A stretch of 64,000 bases of DNA, taken from assembly GCF_009914755.1 (NCBI RefSeq), contig NC_060927.1. One strand, given 5' to 3'. Every line of letters begins with the position of its first letter. The stretch's first letter is position 1. The position numbers and the translations under genes were made by a program. This DNA is from the human T2T-CHM13v2.0 reference genome, Homo sapiens. Below are positions 31,322-46,399 of the stretch, piece after piece. The notes under the pieces are model-generated. The model ran no database searches. It was given only the letters and a program-made list of their open reading frames with translations, and was not told where the DNA came from.

Positions 31322-31673
31322 ATGTCTTGTCATTTAGGGCTGCTATAATAAAAAATAATAGAATAGACTGAGTGGCTGAAATGACAGAACTTTATTTCTC
31401 ATAGTTCTGGAGGCTGGAAAGTCCAAACTCAAGGTGCTGGCTGATTCCTTCCTGGTTTGTAGACCAACATCTTCTTGTATCCTCACATGGCAAAGAGAGG
31501 GCTTTGATTCCTTTATCTACTTACAGGACACTAATTCTGTCATGGGGGCTGCATCCTTATGACCTTATTGAAACCTAATTACCTCCCAAAGACCCCACCT
31601 CCAAATACTGTCACATTGGGGATTAGGACTCCAACCTGTAAATTTTAGGGGGACACAGTCAGCAGTCTATAGC
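31322..31673 (-). mobile_element. MaLR solo LTR (MLT1A-like)
   Basis: 'gggctgctataa...tttatttctcatagttctggaggctggaaagtcc...cctaattacctcccaaagaccccacctccaaatac...gggggacaca'. Confidence 0.8.
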
Positions 31674-31680
31674 AGATTAG

Positions 31681-31790
31681 TGTGTATATATATATGTGTG
31701 TGTATATATATATATGTGTGTGTATATATATATGTGTGTGTGTATATATATGTGTGTGTGTGTGTATGTATATATATATATATATATATA
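31681..31790. repeat. Compound (TG)n(TA)n microsatellite
   Basis: Seen directly. Confidence 0.95.
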
Positions 31791-31859
31791 GTCTGAAAGT
31801 CTGTTTTATTTTTTAAATATACTGAGAAGTATAATGAACACTTTCTCCAAAAGACATGT

Positions 31860-32450
31860 GTTTTTGCCTGTCTGAATCAATGATGGTCTGACAAGGAGAC
31901 GGAAGCCACACAGTAATTTGAAGAGGGCAAGTTTAATATCAAGAGTTATTAACTGTAAAAGGGGATTAACTGTAACTCTGGGGCCAGGGGAAGCATCCAC
32001 AGGAAGTGCCACACCTGGGAACATGCCTTGAAGCTTCCCAACAGGGAACTAGGGCAAGTAGTTCACTAGGACATGCCTTGCCAGTGGCACTCCACTGTGA
32101 AGTTGCCTTAGGGATGCTGGGAGAAGCTGCTGACCACTGGGTACTGCTAGATGCTGCACACTGCGGGAGCTGGGTGCTGGAGAAGTTGTTCATACTGCAA
32201 GAGCTGGGAGCAGGAGAAACCACCTGCATTGTAGGGACAGGTGCTAGTGAAGCCATATGTGCTGTGGGACTCTCAAGAGAGGAGCACACCAGAACCAGGA
32301 AGAGAAATCCCTTTTTTCTCCAGTGCACCTCCTGCCACCATGAGTGGCAAAGCCTATCATGCCCACTGGAAATGAAGAAATATTTACAGCTCAGTACCAT
32401 AGAGAAGGCAATAAAAGGTGGATCTGGAGTTCAGGGATAATTACAATTAC
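31860..32450 (-). mobile_element. Ancient ERVL LTR (LTR41/LTR52-like), probably the 3' LTR of the adjacent relic
   Basis: Reverse strand 'ctgaactccagatccaccttttattgcc...gagctgtaaatatttc' resembles the LTR41/52 5' end; lies next to ERVL internal sequence. Confidence 0.5.
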
Positions 32451-35400
32451 ATTGGTAATTGCTGCAGTCTCTCTGGCTACTCAGTTTCCATACACACTCT
32501 TCCACACACATTTGAACTTCAGTACAACAATGAAACAACTCTATATTTCTCCCAAACAAGATACAGCTGTTCTTTTTACAAGTAAAATTGTTAGCCTTTT
32601 CCCAAAATGAAGGGACACACAGTCCCAACAATCATTGTATCCATAACTGGCTATATTTATTATTCATCAAATTCTGTCAAAGGCCCACAGAATATTTTGT
32701 TACCTGCAAACTAAGTTGTAAAGTTAACCTCCAACAACTTATATATAAAACCAAAAAATAAAGAGATAGAAGCAAATTGTTAACATATACAAATAAACAC
32801 ATACACATAGCAAGCAAGAAGAAAATATGCAAAGCTACTATAGACATTGTTTCTCTAATTGGTCATGAGGCTGTAATTGATGCCAATGGCTTCCTTCTTC
32901 TACCACCTTTATAATATTTCCTCTGCCTTCCACCTGGAATCTCAGTTAGCTGGAGTTTTTTTTACCTGGTAGAGTAAGCCAAACCTTCAGGAACAGTCTG
33001 AGTCCTCAATTGTCCTGTCTTTTGTTGGTTGCTATGATTTTCCACTAACCTTCACTACTGTGCTTGGGAGTACTGAGAATCCCAAAGAATCCCCTGTGTT
33101 ACAGAAATAGTTACTCTTCTCCTCATTTTTGTAACCTAATTTACGCTTGGTAGTTGGATAAATTTCTCCAGCCAAAAGAATAATCATTTTTTTTTCTGTC
33201 TTTTATTCAGTGGTATAGGCCTAAAATGGCCAAGTTGCAATATCATCTTCCAATTTAATGGAACCATTTTTGTGCCCCCAGACTGAAGCATTCCTTACAT
33301 GGGAACAAAGACCTACAAACTAGCACAGCTCAAGGTTGCTGGTAAAGGAAGCATCAACTCTGAGAGTGAGGTATTAGACATAATAATGAGAAGAGGCATT
33401 CCCACTTCTACTTCTCAACTCACAAATCTGTGTATTCTGCTGGGAGGGAGATAACACCATGTAATTGCCTGTGACTCAAAGCATATATTGTATCCTGTAA
33501 GACACAACCCCTTTTCAGGGTGCAGGGTCTCAAGTAGTATCATAGCTGAGTCACAGAAAGCCATTCCCCTTTTCAATTAGCTAGCCAGTTTATTTCATAT
33601 GTTTAAGACCATTGCTGTCCTTCCTTCTCTGTGAAATGGAGTTTGTTGATCAGAAGCAATGCTATGGAGCATGCCATGATGATGGTAAAGCATTCTGTGG
33701 GTCTATCAATGGCAATACTCAACTACCATCTTCCCTGTTACCAAGGAAGGCAAATACTTATTCAGAATATGTGCTTGTTGCAGTGAGGACAAAATCTATA
33801 CCCCATCTATTTTGGAAGGAGTATAGTACAATTTAATCAACTTGCTACCAGGTGGTGGTCTGTACCCCTGGGAAATGGTGCCATATCTGGGGATCAGTGT
33901 TGGTCTTAGCTGTTGACAGATTAGTCACACTTGGGTCATTTCTAAGGGCAGTCCATGTTGTTGAGCCCATACATAGTATCCTTATTAGTCCATTTTCATG
34001 CTGCTGATAAAGACATACCCAAGACTGGGCAATTTACAAAGGAAAGAGGTGTAATGACTTACAGTTCCACATGGCTGGGGAGGCCTCACAATCGTGGCAG
34101 AAGGCAAGGAGGAGCAAGTCACTTCTTACGTGGATGGTGGCAGGCAAAAAAAAATGTGCAGCGAAGTCCTGTTTTTTAAAATCATCAGATCTTGTGAGAC
34201 CCATTCCCTATCAGAAGAACAGCACAGGAAAGACCTACCCCCATGATTCAATCATCTCCCCTCAAGTCCCTCCCACAACACATGGGAATTATGTAGGAGC
34301 TACAAGATGAGATTTGGGTGTGGACACACAGCCAAACCATGTCATTCTCCATCCCTGTCTCCTTGGCCACTTGTTAATTACCTATTAAGAAAGCACTGGG
34401 GTGACTTGGGAAAGAGACTTACTAACATTCACAGAGTGCATCATTTTGTCCATTTGATTATTAAAAGCCTATTCTGCAGTAGATAAATATGGAAATTCAT
34501 ATGGCGCACAAATATCTTCCTCATTCAAGTGATCATAAGGAAGCCATAGGCATGGATTGAGAGAGACAGGAGGCAATGCAACAGGAATTGCGTGGAAATT
34601 TGAGCGACCTGCTTTGCAACTTTCTCATACCTTTCAAACTCATTTGATCTTAGTCTTTCATCCGGTTTATGATAGAATGCAGGTGTGCACTCCCAGCTTA
34701 TGGCTGGGCAACACTCAGTTCATGACGGGAAGTTCAGGTTTCATGGTCACCTGATGTCCCATGGTTAGGTGTTCAGTCTCTATCAAGGACCAGTAGGTGT
34801 TTCCCGAAAAGAAAATAGTTATCTGCAAAAAAGGACGTAAATTGTCTTCACCATTCCAGAGGTTTGCATTATGAGTATTCTTTTGTACCCACCAGAGATT
34901 CCAGACAGCATCCTATTTGCCACAGAGATTTCAGATATCACTGAATCTGTTGGATAATAAGGATGAAGTGGTAGAGAGGCTTGTAACTATATTGTTTCCA
35001 AAATTCAAAAAGGCCTCCCAAGCATTGTGCCTTTTATTTGGGTGTAGGTGATATGAAGTGCAGCAATTTATATTTAACTTTGCAGGGGATATCTTGACTT
35101 GTTCCAGACCTTTAAGCCCTTAGAAACTTCACTGAGGTGGCTGGGGTCCCCTGAAATTTAGTTGGGTTTGTCTTTTATATGTCTTACTAAGATGTTAAGT
35201 ACTTGCTCCATCCTGCTCATTAGAGCCCATCAGCGTAATGTTGTCAATGTAGCGTAAAGACAATCAAGGTCTCTGCAGATTATACATGGCAGAGAGCAGG
35301 AGAATTGATATAGCCCTGAAGGAAGACTATTTCCCCTGTAAGGTACAAACAAACTACTTCTGGGGGTCTTTGCAAAATTAGTATGACGCAAAAGGCATTA

Positions 35401-35960
35401 GTTACATGTCATGTGCCCATAGCCATGTTTGCTTGCTCTAGCAAAGATACTACATGTAGGTCAGTAGCTGCAGTTGCCACTACCTAAGACTGCGATAATC
35501 CACAGTCATTCTCTGTAATCCATGAATGTCTGCATAGGTTAAATTGGTGAGTTAAATGAGTGTGTGATAGGTACCATCTTTGCTTCTTTCAAGACTGTTA
35601 CGGTGGTATTAGTCTCTGAAATTCCCCAGATTTACTACCTTGGTAGAAAAGGGAAGTTCCAGTGGCCCTCATCCCATAGGAATTCTTCCAGTTGCTAAGT
35701 GTGTCTATTTCAATTATACATTCAGAACCTGGGGAATAACTGCAAAGCAGGTCCATGGACCAGCTGGGTCCACTGTAATTTGGAATTGATGTATGACTCC
35801 ATCTATTACCTGACCACTGTGAGCTCTACAGAGCTCCTGGTGGCATTTTCAGTCTCTAGAAATTAGTGTCAATTCATGGCCAGTGTTTAGTAATCTCTGA
35901 AAACTTTGGGTGTTTCTTTTGTACAATGTGTAGACACTCTAGTACATGGTTGCAGGTCCT
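32450..35960 (-). pseudogene. pol: Decayed ERVL-class internal region (protease, RT, integrase remnants)
   Basis: Minus-strand motifs: protease-like FQRLLNTGHELTLI (~35860-35910), RT VFLQGYINSPALCH and YIDNITLM (~35229-35330), integrase-end sequence resembling ...LIERWNG...VLQDAVYAL (~33470-33590). Confidence 0.8.
33981..34344 (-). mobile_element. THE1 solo LTR (THE1B-like) nested in the ERVL relic
   Basis: 'tattagtccattttcatgctgctgataaagacatacccaagactgggcaatttacaaag...gatgagatttgggtg...cagccaaaccatgtca'. Confidence 0.92.
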
Positions 35961-37606
35961 TTGGGGAGATTTGTAGGAGTATTTGCAGTGTGAACTTATG
36001 GATCCTTTTGAGGCAAATTCCATCACAAATTAAAATAGCTAGGAAATATACAAGGATTAACATATATTTATCCAAGAATATATTTTATTGGTTAATTTAT
36101 CAAATGGCATAGTGAATATTTCTTGTAAAAGATAGGGCACAGGGGAAAACATCTTGTTTTTGCCTGATTTTCCAGCTAAAATTAAAGTCTGGGGCATTTC
36201 AAGGGCATCATCACTCAAACCCTGGCTCTCTGCAGACTTGCAATAATATTTATAATGATGTGCTGATATTAGAAACAATAAATGAAAGCCGAGAGAATAT
36301 TTCTCTTATAGACCAGAAAGCAGCTGATTATTATGACAAACGTCTTTGCAGCCAGTAAAGGTCAACTTGTCACCTTTGCTCTAGCTGCAAATCGTTTTCC
36401 TCGAGTTGCCTTTGAAAAGTGACTTAGGGCAATAGACCAAACATGTGCTTCTTGACTATCTGAAAATATAAAGTAATAGAGAGCCTAGAAATTTTAAACA
36501 CAAAAGTAAACCAATTTAATGTGAACAAAATGCTTCAAAATGTTGCCAAGTTAAGGAAAAACTAAAATCCATACTTGGTCCCCAAACCCTGTTGAAAACT
36601 GTAGATTCAGTTGTTTACTCCATTGCATATTTTATTAGTCATGCAAATAACAACTAGATAGCTTGGCTTGAGGGTCATTCTTCCCTTCCTGAATGTACAC
36701 AGTTACTGCTAATGAGCAGGTTGTTCGAAGTGGGCAAGAAGCAAAGTGCTTTGGAGAAACCGCAAACTAGAAAACCTGATGAATAATTGGCAGTTTAATA
36801 GTCAAATAAACACAGTCCAGAAGCTTGATTTGGCAAGTACAGAGGGGACAGCGTTACTTTCTGGGAGGAAAAGCAACCTTTGAATTTTGTGCTAGAAGCC
36901 GTCATAGTTCAGGTTGCTGGCCACTAGAGAAAATAATTTATTTAAAAGAGCTGATTTGATATCTTTGTTGCCAAGGTTCATTTGCCCAAGGCGTCTCGTA
37001 AAAATAATCTTGTTTTTAGTTTCAGATAATTTTAAAGTCATACGTTTTCCTCATTCTCTAATTTAAAGATAGGTATTAATACTTATTAGACATTTTATCT
37101 GATTAAATATTAGGTCTGGTTTGCTTTTTAAGGTTGTTTCTATGTATTTTAAAATGGTAAACACATTAATGATGTTCAATTACTGAAATGTTATTTCTCC
37201 CACTTTTCACTTCTGACCACTATTAATATACAAATTGCAAAATAACAAATGAACAAAAAACAAAACTGAAAAATTAATTCTATAACATACCATGCACAAG
37301 ATGTTACACTTTGAAACTCTTTTATATTTGTAAGAACTAGGATTATGTTTGAATATTATGACATATGGCTTTAGTTACTAGCTTTATTGTTTTTGAAAAT
37401 GATAACCATCCAGAGACAACTTTCTATATATTTTTTCTAATCTCTCCTAGGTAAATGTTTATATAATCTCTGCCTGTAGTGTATAGTATAACTTTTAAAT
37501 TATTCCATGTGTTGGTGTATTCATTCAAATTCATATATTCAACAGCTCTGAACCTACTTCAGTAATATTTTTCACTGATCCTTTAAAATTCACATTTATT
37601 GCCTGA

Positions 37607-38027
<421 letters not shown>

Positions 38028-38559
38028 GCCATCTACTTTTTAAAATGCCTAACTTTTACATTTATTGAAGCACTTTAAATGCCAATTACTCAGCTTCAAG
38101 AGAAGTAGGGTTTTATTTTGAGAACTCTTATGCGTGTATAAAAGTCTTTGTAAGGAGAATAGTCTTCAGGCCATAAATAGTAAGACACAGTTTAGTGGAA
38201 GAAGAGTCCAAGATACACATTGGCATTTGCAGGAGACCATCCCTCAGTGACATTGAATGAGTCTTGGTCTCCAGATTCAAGCAAATGGCAGCGTCCTAAA
38301 TGAAGACGAAATCTATACAGGTGAGCACCGCTAGTTGGAGAAGGGCAAATACCTTGATTTTCAGAGGTGGAAGATGGCAGATGCTAGACATGGCAGAACA
38401 GAACCAGTATAGATTCTTTAAGGAAAGTCCAGAAAAATTAACAAACAAAACATTGGCTAACTATTAGTGGGTGCTTTTAATGAGGTTGAACCACATGAAA
38501 TTGCTGCTATTGAACCTTGACCTAGAAAAAATAATTTCATAAGACTTGACCTACTAAAT

Positions 38560-39800
38560 CTGTGTTTTGACTTCAACAAAGCTTTAGAAAGCCTTGCCAG
38601 AGTGAGATGATGAAAGCTAAGGTGGGTTTGCTGCTCAGTCCCACAGTATGACTAATGACTCAATGTCACCTTGACCAAGGTCTCTTGTTGAGTCCTAAAG
38701 GGTTCCAACTTTGGCTCCAGCCTCTCCAATGTTTTCATCAATGTCTTAGGGAAGGCCGCACAAGGCAGACTTATTAAATTTAGAGGGAACATGAATTAAG
38801 AAATATAACTAATACTGAGTTTAGACGGCAAATTACCTCAACTAACTAAATATCAAGGTTGAAATTCAAAAATTAAGTAAACAGGAGGTTCTTGTATTTA
38901 CAGTCATTGAGTTAATCAGCCCTCATTGAATCCCTACCATGTGCCAGACACTGTTCTGGGTAGTGGTCGTACCATGATGAACAAACCAGCTGGGATCCTA
39001 GCTTGAAGCTTGTGTTAAAAAAACAAACTATCCATTTTCCAAGGTAGGAAAGGAAAAGAGGGACCGTCAATGCAGTAGGTTCTTGTAAACAGACTCTGGA
39101 GGTTTTGGATCACCTGGAGCTTCAGTGCCACATTCTGGAAGCCTACTATGTGTCAAGAATTGTACTAAAACTATCAATCAACCATGTGGTGTGTTTGCTA
39201 AAAGAAAAAGAGCCAATAACATCTTAGGATTTGTCATCACAAATTCAATGTTTAGCCCATTGAAAGTGACCTGCACACAGTCCTCTGGGCTTTTCAGATC
39301 ACCCCAAAGGTGAGTTCAGGGATGGGGTGGATGGGAGGAATAACATATTTTAAAAGAGATGTTGACAAATCAGAGTATATTTAGACTAAGAGAACTGGGA
39401 TGTTAAAGGATCTGGAAGTTACATATTTCAAGGAATAGCTGAATGAACTGTAGAAAAATACACACTAAAAGCAGACATACTAATTGTCCTCAAGTATTTG
39501 AAGGGCTGACAAGTAGACAATGAAGAAAGCTGACTCTTTGTTGCTCTATTTAACAGAAATAGCATAAAGCAATGGAAATTTCAGAGGGAGTAATTTTTAT
39601 TTTGGTATAATAATGACACATCTCATATATAGAAGTTGTCCATCAATAGAACAGGATGGCTTCTGAGGTAGTGAGCTTTCTGTCTCTGGAGGCATTTAAC
39701 CAGAGGATGGATGGTCATAGACAATGAGACAGCATTTCTGCATTGGATATGACGTAGGAGGAGCTGCCCTGGTGGGGTACCTCCAGCTCCACATCTGATT
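38560..39800 (+). mobile_element. CR1/L3 LINE relic (RT and 3' end), with a small antisense L2 piece near 38900-39010
   Basis: 'gtcctaaagggttccaactttggctccagcctctccaatgttttcatcaatg...cttattaaattt' resembles CR1 RT GVPQGSVLGPxLFNIFIND...LIKF; 3' part 'aagtatttgaagggctg...gaggtagtgagc...tctctggaggcattt'. Confidence 0.7.
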
Positions 39801-40119
39801 CTAGTGATGTATTTGCATGTATTTATGTGAGGATATTCACGCTGTTCAGTTTTCTTTCTCCTCAAAGGAAAAAAGGCCAGTCTATGTTGAAGTTGGAGAA
39901 TAGGTTTCTTCCAAGATTTTGGGACCAGTCTAAGTTAGATTTGGAGAGTCACTCCAAATTAAGTTTGGAAATGCTAGAAAGGATGAGGAATGGACCACAA
40001 GCCTGCTAGAACTGGCTTAGGGATAGGACCATAACTGGAAGCAGGCAAGGCGGACAGTACAAGGAGGTGAGGCTTTAGTCCAGTTGCCACAGTTAGACCC
40101 TGGGGATGATGGTGGGATC

Positions 40120-40520
40120 TTAGTTAGGACTCTGGGTTGCAAGTGGCAGAAACTAACTCAAAATGTCTTAAACTAAAAGAAGATTTGTTGATTCATGCAG
40201 TTAAAAAGTCCAGGGGTTAATCTAACTTGAGGTATAGTTGAATCCAGATGCTCCAATCGTCTATTTCTTTCCCTCCAACTCTTTTGTTTTCCTTTATGTT
40301 GCTTCCATCTGCCACCTAGAAGGGTGCCTGACAGGATAGATATTTACAAAAGATTAGTTAAATGCATAAATGAATGAGCCCTTCAGTTTGGCAACCCCAG
40401 CTGAAATCCACATAGCCAGAGTCCTAGATGAACTCCAGTTTAGTCCAACTTGATCATGTGCTTAAATTGAAACCAATTACTGGTGATGGAGAGGATGGAA
40501 CAAACTGATTAGGCTGGACT
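40120..40520 (-). mobile_element. Ancient ERVL/MaLR LTR fragments (LTR16/MLT1K-like)
   Basis: 'gggttgcaagtggcagaaactaactcaaaatgtcttaaac...aaaagtccagggg' is typical of old ERVL LTR ends in antisense. Confidence 0.45.
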
Positions 40521-41364
40521 GGCTGGGCCTAGAAATAAGCAATACTTTGTTCAGTTTTATCTCTCCATCCTTTCTTGTATACTCCTTTAGGGAATGGCCT
40601 CTTATCTTTCTTTTGTATCCTCTGCAGAGATTGGCATAGTACTAATGCATAGTTTTTAGCGAACAAACGTTTGTTTTTTTCCTCTGACCAGAATGACTCT
40701 TAATAAACAAAGGTGCTAAAATAACTGGTTTTAACATCTCCTTTGAAAACTATGCAGCAGAAGATGTGAGTGAATTCAGAACTTCATATATTGCTTCCAA
40801 ATCATTTTCATGTGCATAAATATAAGTGGCAAGTAGGAATTTTGAATTCATTCTAGTCACCACAGAAAGTTATCCTTTCCACATCTTTAATGCAATTAAA
40901 AGAGTAAAATTTAATGAATATATTATTTAACAGGAATAATTTTCACAGAAAAGCTTATCTTTTTATTGGCATATTAGTGGTGGGGGAAAAAAAAATCTAA
41001 CTTCTATCCCTGGAGCAGAATTAAGAAATGGTTAATTTTTAATATATTTTCACCCAATTTTTACCTCCTCTATAATCAGCACCTGACTCCAAGTGTTGCA
41101 CTGCCCTCTTCATCAGGAATAGGACTGTGTTATATGAATACTAGCAAATGGTACTGAAAATGAATTCAAGCAAATCAAAGGAACTTTACAAGTAGGCTTT
41201 TCTTTCTAAGTCCATGGGGAGCTGACTTTTCTGAAATGCTGGAATGTTTCAGTGATTTGGGCTAGCAAGAATAGGATAAAAAACAATTACAGACTGCAGA
41301 GGACTGTGTTTTTCTAACAGAAAAGGGAAGAGATTCTTTTTCCTTGGAGAATCATTCCATTTTA

Positions 41365-41442
41365 TTAGGTTGGTGCAAAGATAATTTTGGTTTTTTTCTA
41401 ATTTTAATGGCAAAAACTGGAATTACTTTTGCACTGACCTAA
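41365..41442. mobile_element. MADE1 MITE (Hsmar1-derived)
   Basis: ttaggttggtgcaaa...aatggcaaaaactggaattacttttgcactgacctaa, near-palindromic, TA on both sides (41363-41364, 41443-41444). Confidence 0.9.
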
Positions 41443-43549
41443 TATATTTGAAATGGCCTTGCAATGATATAACAGAACAGCAATCTGTGTGGATCCCCTT
41501 TTCCTTCCAACTCTAACTTAACAGAAATGGAGATATACCCATGTTCAATGTAAAATTACATATACTTGCAGTATATTTATCCTACCTGATCACTATTTAG
41601 CTCTTTAACCATGTTCTTCCTACATCATTATTATAGCATTATCTCCTGAGAGATACTGTGTGTAAGACATATAATGATTAAAAAAAACCTATGTGACTGA
41701 ACTGATACCTCAAATAAAAGCAGGCCTTTCATTATTTTATAGGCAGACCTGGTATTAAAGTGTCTGAAAATCAATACAGACTACCTTGATAAAGATAACT
41801 CTAGCATTCAGAATGAATAAGACATTAAACATCATTTTACGTGTGTGTATATTTATCTTTTGTTAAATCTTATCTTTCTCGGTCAGCTTCTCAGAATTGA
41901 GATTAGATAAACTGTTGGAGGGAGTGAAAATGATGATGATGCTGTACTGAGGTGTAACCAGAACATGTTGGGAGGATTTTGTGAGTGGTGTTTTATTTAT
42001 ATTCTGTATTTACATAATGGCCACAGATGTTATTGTTTTTCTTACCTATTATGGTAGATGACATTTGTGGTGGAGGACATGTATATAATTAACTCCTTGC
42101 AAATACTGTATTTTGCAAATAGATGGGAAATCTACTTAACAGGTCTAGATATCTTATAATGTTCTATTCAGAAAGTCTAATCATCCAAAAGACATCAGAA
42201 CCACTACTACCAAATGCAATGAACAGGTTAAAAGGCATGACTAGTGATATCCTATTGGTTTGACAATTAATCTTACCTTAAGGTGGAGAAAAATCTGTCT
42301 AGGAGATGGACTAAAGGGATTACTTGTTCAAACCTTCCACTTTTCTTTTTGTAGCATTTTCTAAGTGCTGTCAAATGACACTACTTGAGGAAATCGTAGC
42401 TTAGTGCCTTCAGAATCTCTACAAAAACTACTAGGGTATTCAAATACTTTTGCTAGCTTAGAATTTACGCTATAAATGCAATGGGTGGAAAGGGCAAATG
42501 GAAGATTTTCTAAGTGTGAACTTTTTAAAAAACTGGGCTTTCTCTAAGAGTTTTTATTGTTTTTCAAAATATTAGCTGCACCATGGAGAATTTTAGTAAA
42601 TACAAAACACTATTTTGAATCACAGTTAAATTTTGAATCATTCACGTACTCACTTTTCTCGTGTAGGCAATAACCAACATGTTACCATCTGAAGCTTCAG
42701 TGACCTTCTACTTAATTGTGCTAGACAATGAAAATTTAGTTAATATTCTTTAGCGTTCCTTTTGCTTAGTAACTTGTATTCATTTGTACCTTTCTGATGT
42801 CAACCTGATTGATTTTGCCTATCTGGGTGCCGGCGCATCTTTTGGAAGGAAGACTTGCTTTCCAGAATGTATTAATATTGATTGTCACCATATTGCAACC
42901 AGAGAGATGTCAGTGTGCACTTAGAATTTCATCTAGTTTAGTTAGGGTTCTGGTTGACAGAGTTTAATTCATATATAGATATTCTGAATGGTCCCTTGCA
43001 GATATTACATGAGGGCAGTAGAAAAGCCCTGCCCAGAAATCTCTCCCATTTCTAGGGTGCCTGAAATTCCACTTAATAATATTTACTACTTTGAGAAGAG
43101 ATATATTTGACACATTTATGAAGAATGTAACTCTGGCTTCCAACTAGCCCAGTTTGTGCAAAGGAAACAGCTTCCCCAGCTGGCAGAATTAGGTTCAATG
43201 TGATCATCATGTCCAGCTATAAAACTATACTTTGCTAATAAAGAGTTTACTTCATTTATTTGGACCCTACACATTTCCAAAAGGGATTTAAGGAGGTTCA
43301 AAAATTATTTTAAATAACTCCATATGGGAGTTGTATTTGAATTATTTAAGCCTCATTCATGGGAAGTAGTGCAAACTGCTGTTCTAAACTTCCAGGCGCA
43401 TATGCTTGTCATCCAGAGGTGATGAATAATGAAAATAGAAACAGGATCCTGAAAATTCACAAAAGAAAAAAAAAGTCTGTTTTTTGACAATATATCTCCC
43501 AGTGACAGATGATATTATATGTCTATAGTGTGAAGACTCTGTATTGTTA

Positions 43550-44915
<1,366 letters not shown>

Positions 44916-45679
44916 TATAATAAAAAAAAAGAAAAGCTCAGAAACAACTAAGTAATACAAATTCAGCATTAATTAATAGTACTATTTCTATAGTATAAGT
45001 TAATCACTATCAATAAATTAATATGGAAAAGTTAAAAAAAAAGTGTGAAGTAATGACCCTATGTTCTTGTTTTTCCCACTGGCTGGCCAATCGGTAGTCT
45101 CACCATGCAGTACTTTTAAAGATGGATTTAGAGTAGTCTGAGAAGTTTTATAGCAGTGAGATCAGGCAGAAAGGAGCTCTCAGGGATCCCAGTGATAAAT
45201 TCCAACACTTTCGTTTGCCTATACTGCTTTTATCTCTCTCCCTGCTCCCACCTGGGTTGCTCTTGATTTTTGTTGTTTTATCTAATCCCTGGGTGTTATC
45301 TAATCCCAGAATGGTCTCCCACCTCCCAGGGGAATTGGATTAGCCTTTCTGCTTCCTGTTGGAAGAAAGGAATAAGCAGGTACATAGCATGCATATGTCT
45401 ATGTGATAAGACCCTTGACAAGCTGGACTAAGCTGTGAGGTACATATGAGGCCAGGTGGTCTGCATTATCTGACATTCAAGCTCCTTGGGCTTTTGAAGA
45501 GTGGTTAACTTGCCAGTGAGGTCACAGAGATTCTCATTAAGATTGCGGACTCCATGTATTTTTAAAATAATTCTGCTGTTTACCTAAACAGCTATTTATT
45601 GGAGGATATTGTTTAGAAGTTGGTGTAAAATATACTTAATGAATATGCTTATATCTCTGTGGGTAAGCATGTTATTTGT

Positions 45680-46039
45680 TGATATAATTTGGCTGTGTCC
45701 CAACCCAAATCTCACCTTGAATTGTAATAATCTCCACGTGTCAAGGGAAGGGCCAGGTGGAGATAATTGAATCATGGGGGCAGTTTCCCCCATACTGTTC
45801 TCATGGTAGTGAATAAGTCTCACGAGATCTGATGGCTTTATAAATGGGAGATCCCCTGCACAAGCTTTCTTGCCTGCCTGCCGCCAGGTAAGACATGTCT
45901 TTGCTCTTCTGTTGTCTTCTGCCATGATTGTGAGGCATCCCCAGCCATGTGGAACGGTGAGTCAATTAAGCATCTTTCGTTTATAAATTACCCTATCTCA
46001 GGTATGTCTTTATTAGCAGTGTGAGAATGGACTAATACA
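45680..46039 (+). mobile_element. THE1 solo LTR (THE1C-like)
   Basis: tgatataatttggctgtgtcc...aattgtaataatctccacgtgtcaaggg...gactaataca; 5-bp TSD tttgt at 45675-45679 and 46040-46044. Confidence 0.93.
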
Positions 46040-46399
46040 TTTGTCAATACATATAACTTATTTATGGATTTCCTATTCTTTGCGTAGTCTTTAGTCAATA
46101 GGGACTCTGAAGGCTGACCTCATTTCTCCAGTGGCTGCAGCTTCTCCAGGAAGGCAAAAATGATTTATTTGGAAAAAAGCTTGGCAAAAAGCGTGGTATT
46201 GAGAAAGCTAATGCCAGCACCAGGCTTAGTTTCCTCTTCTTTTCTCTTGACCACACTCCCTCCCACCTCCTTCAGCATTCCCTCAGTCTCTCATTTCCCT
46301 ACACCTGGGGCCCTCAAACCTCCTCCCCTTCATAGCTTCTGTCAAGAATTCAGTGTATAAACACACTCAGGTCCCCCATATATACAAAATGAGCCAACA

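Noticed and set aside
31966-32440. Two antiparallel 144-aa ORFs
   Set aside because: Inside a GC-richer old LTR; no domain similarity.
45278-45345. Duplicated ttatctaatccc with GATA and TAATCC motifs
   Set aside because: A 12-bp duplicate of common short motifs, with no other support.
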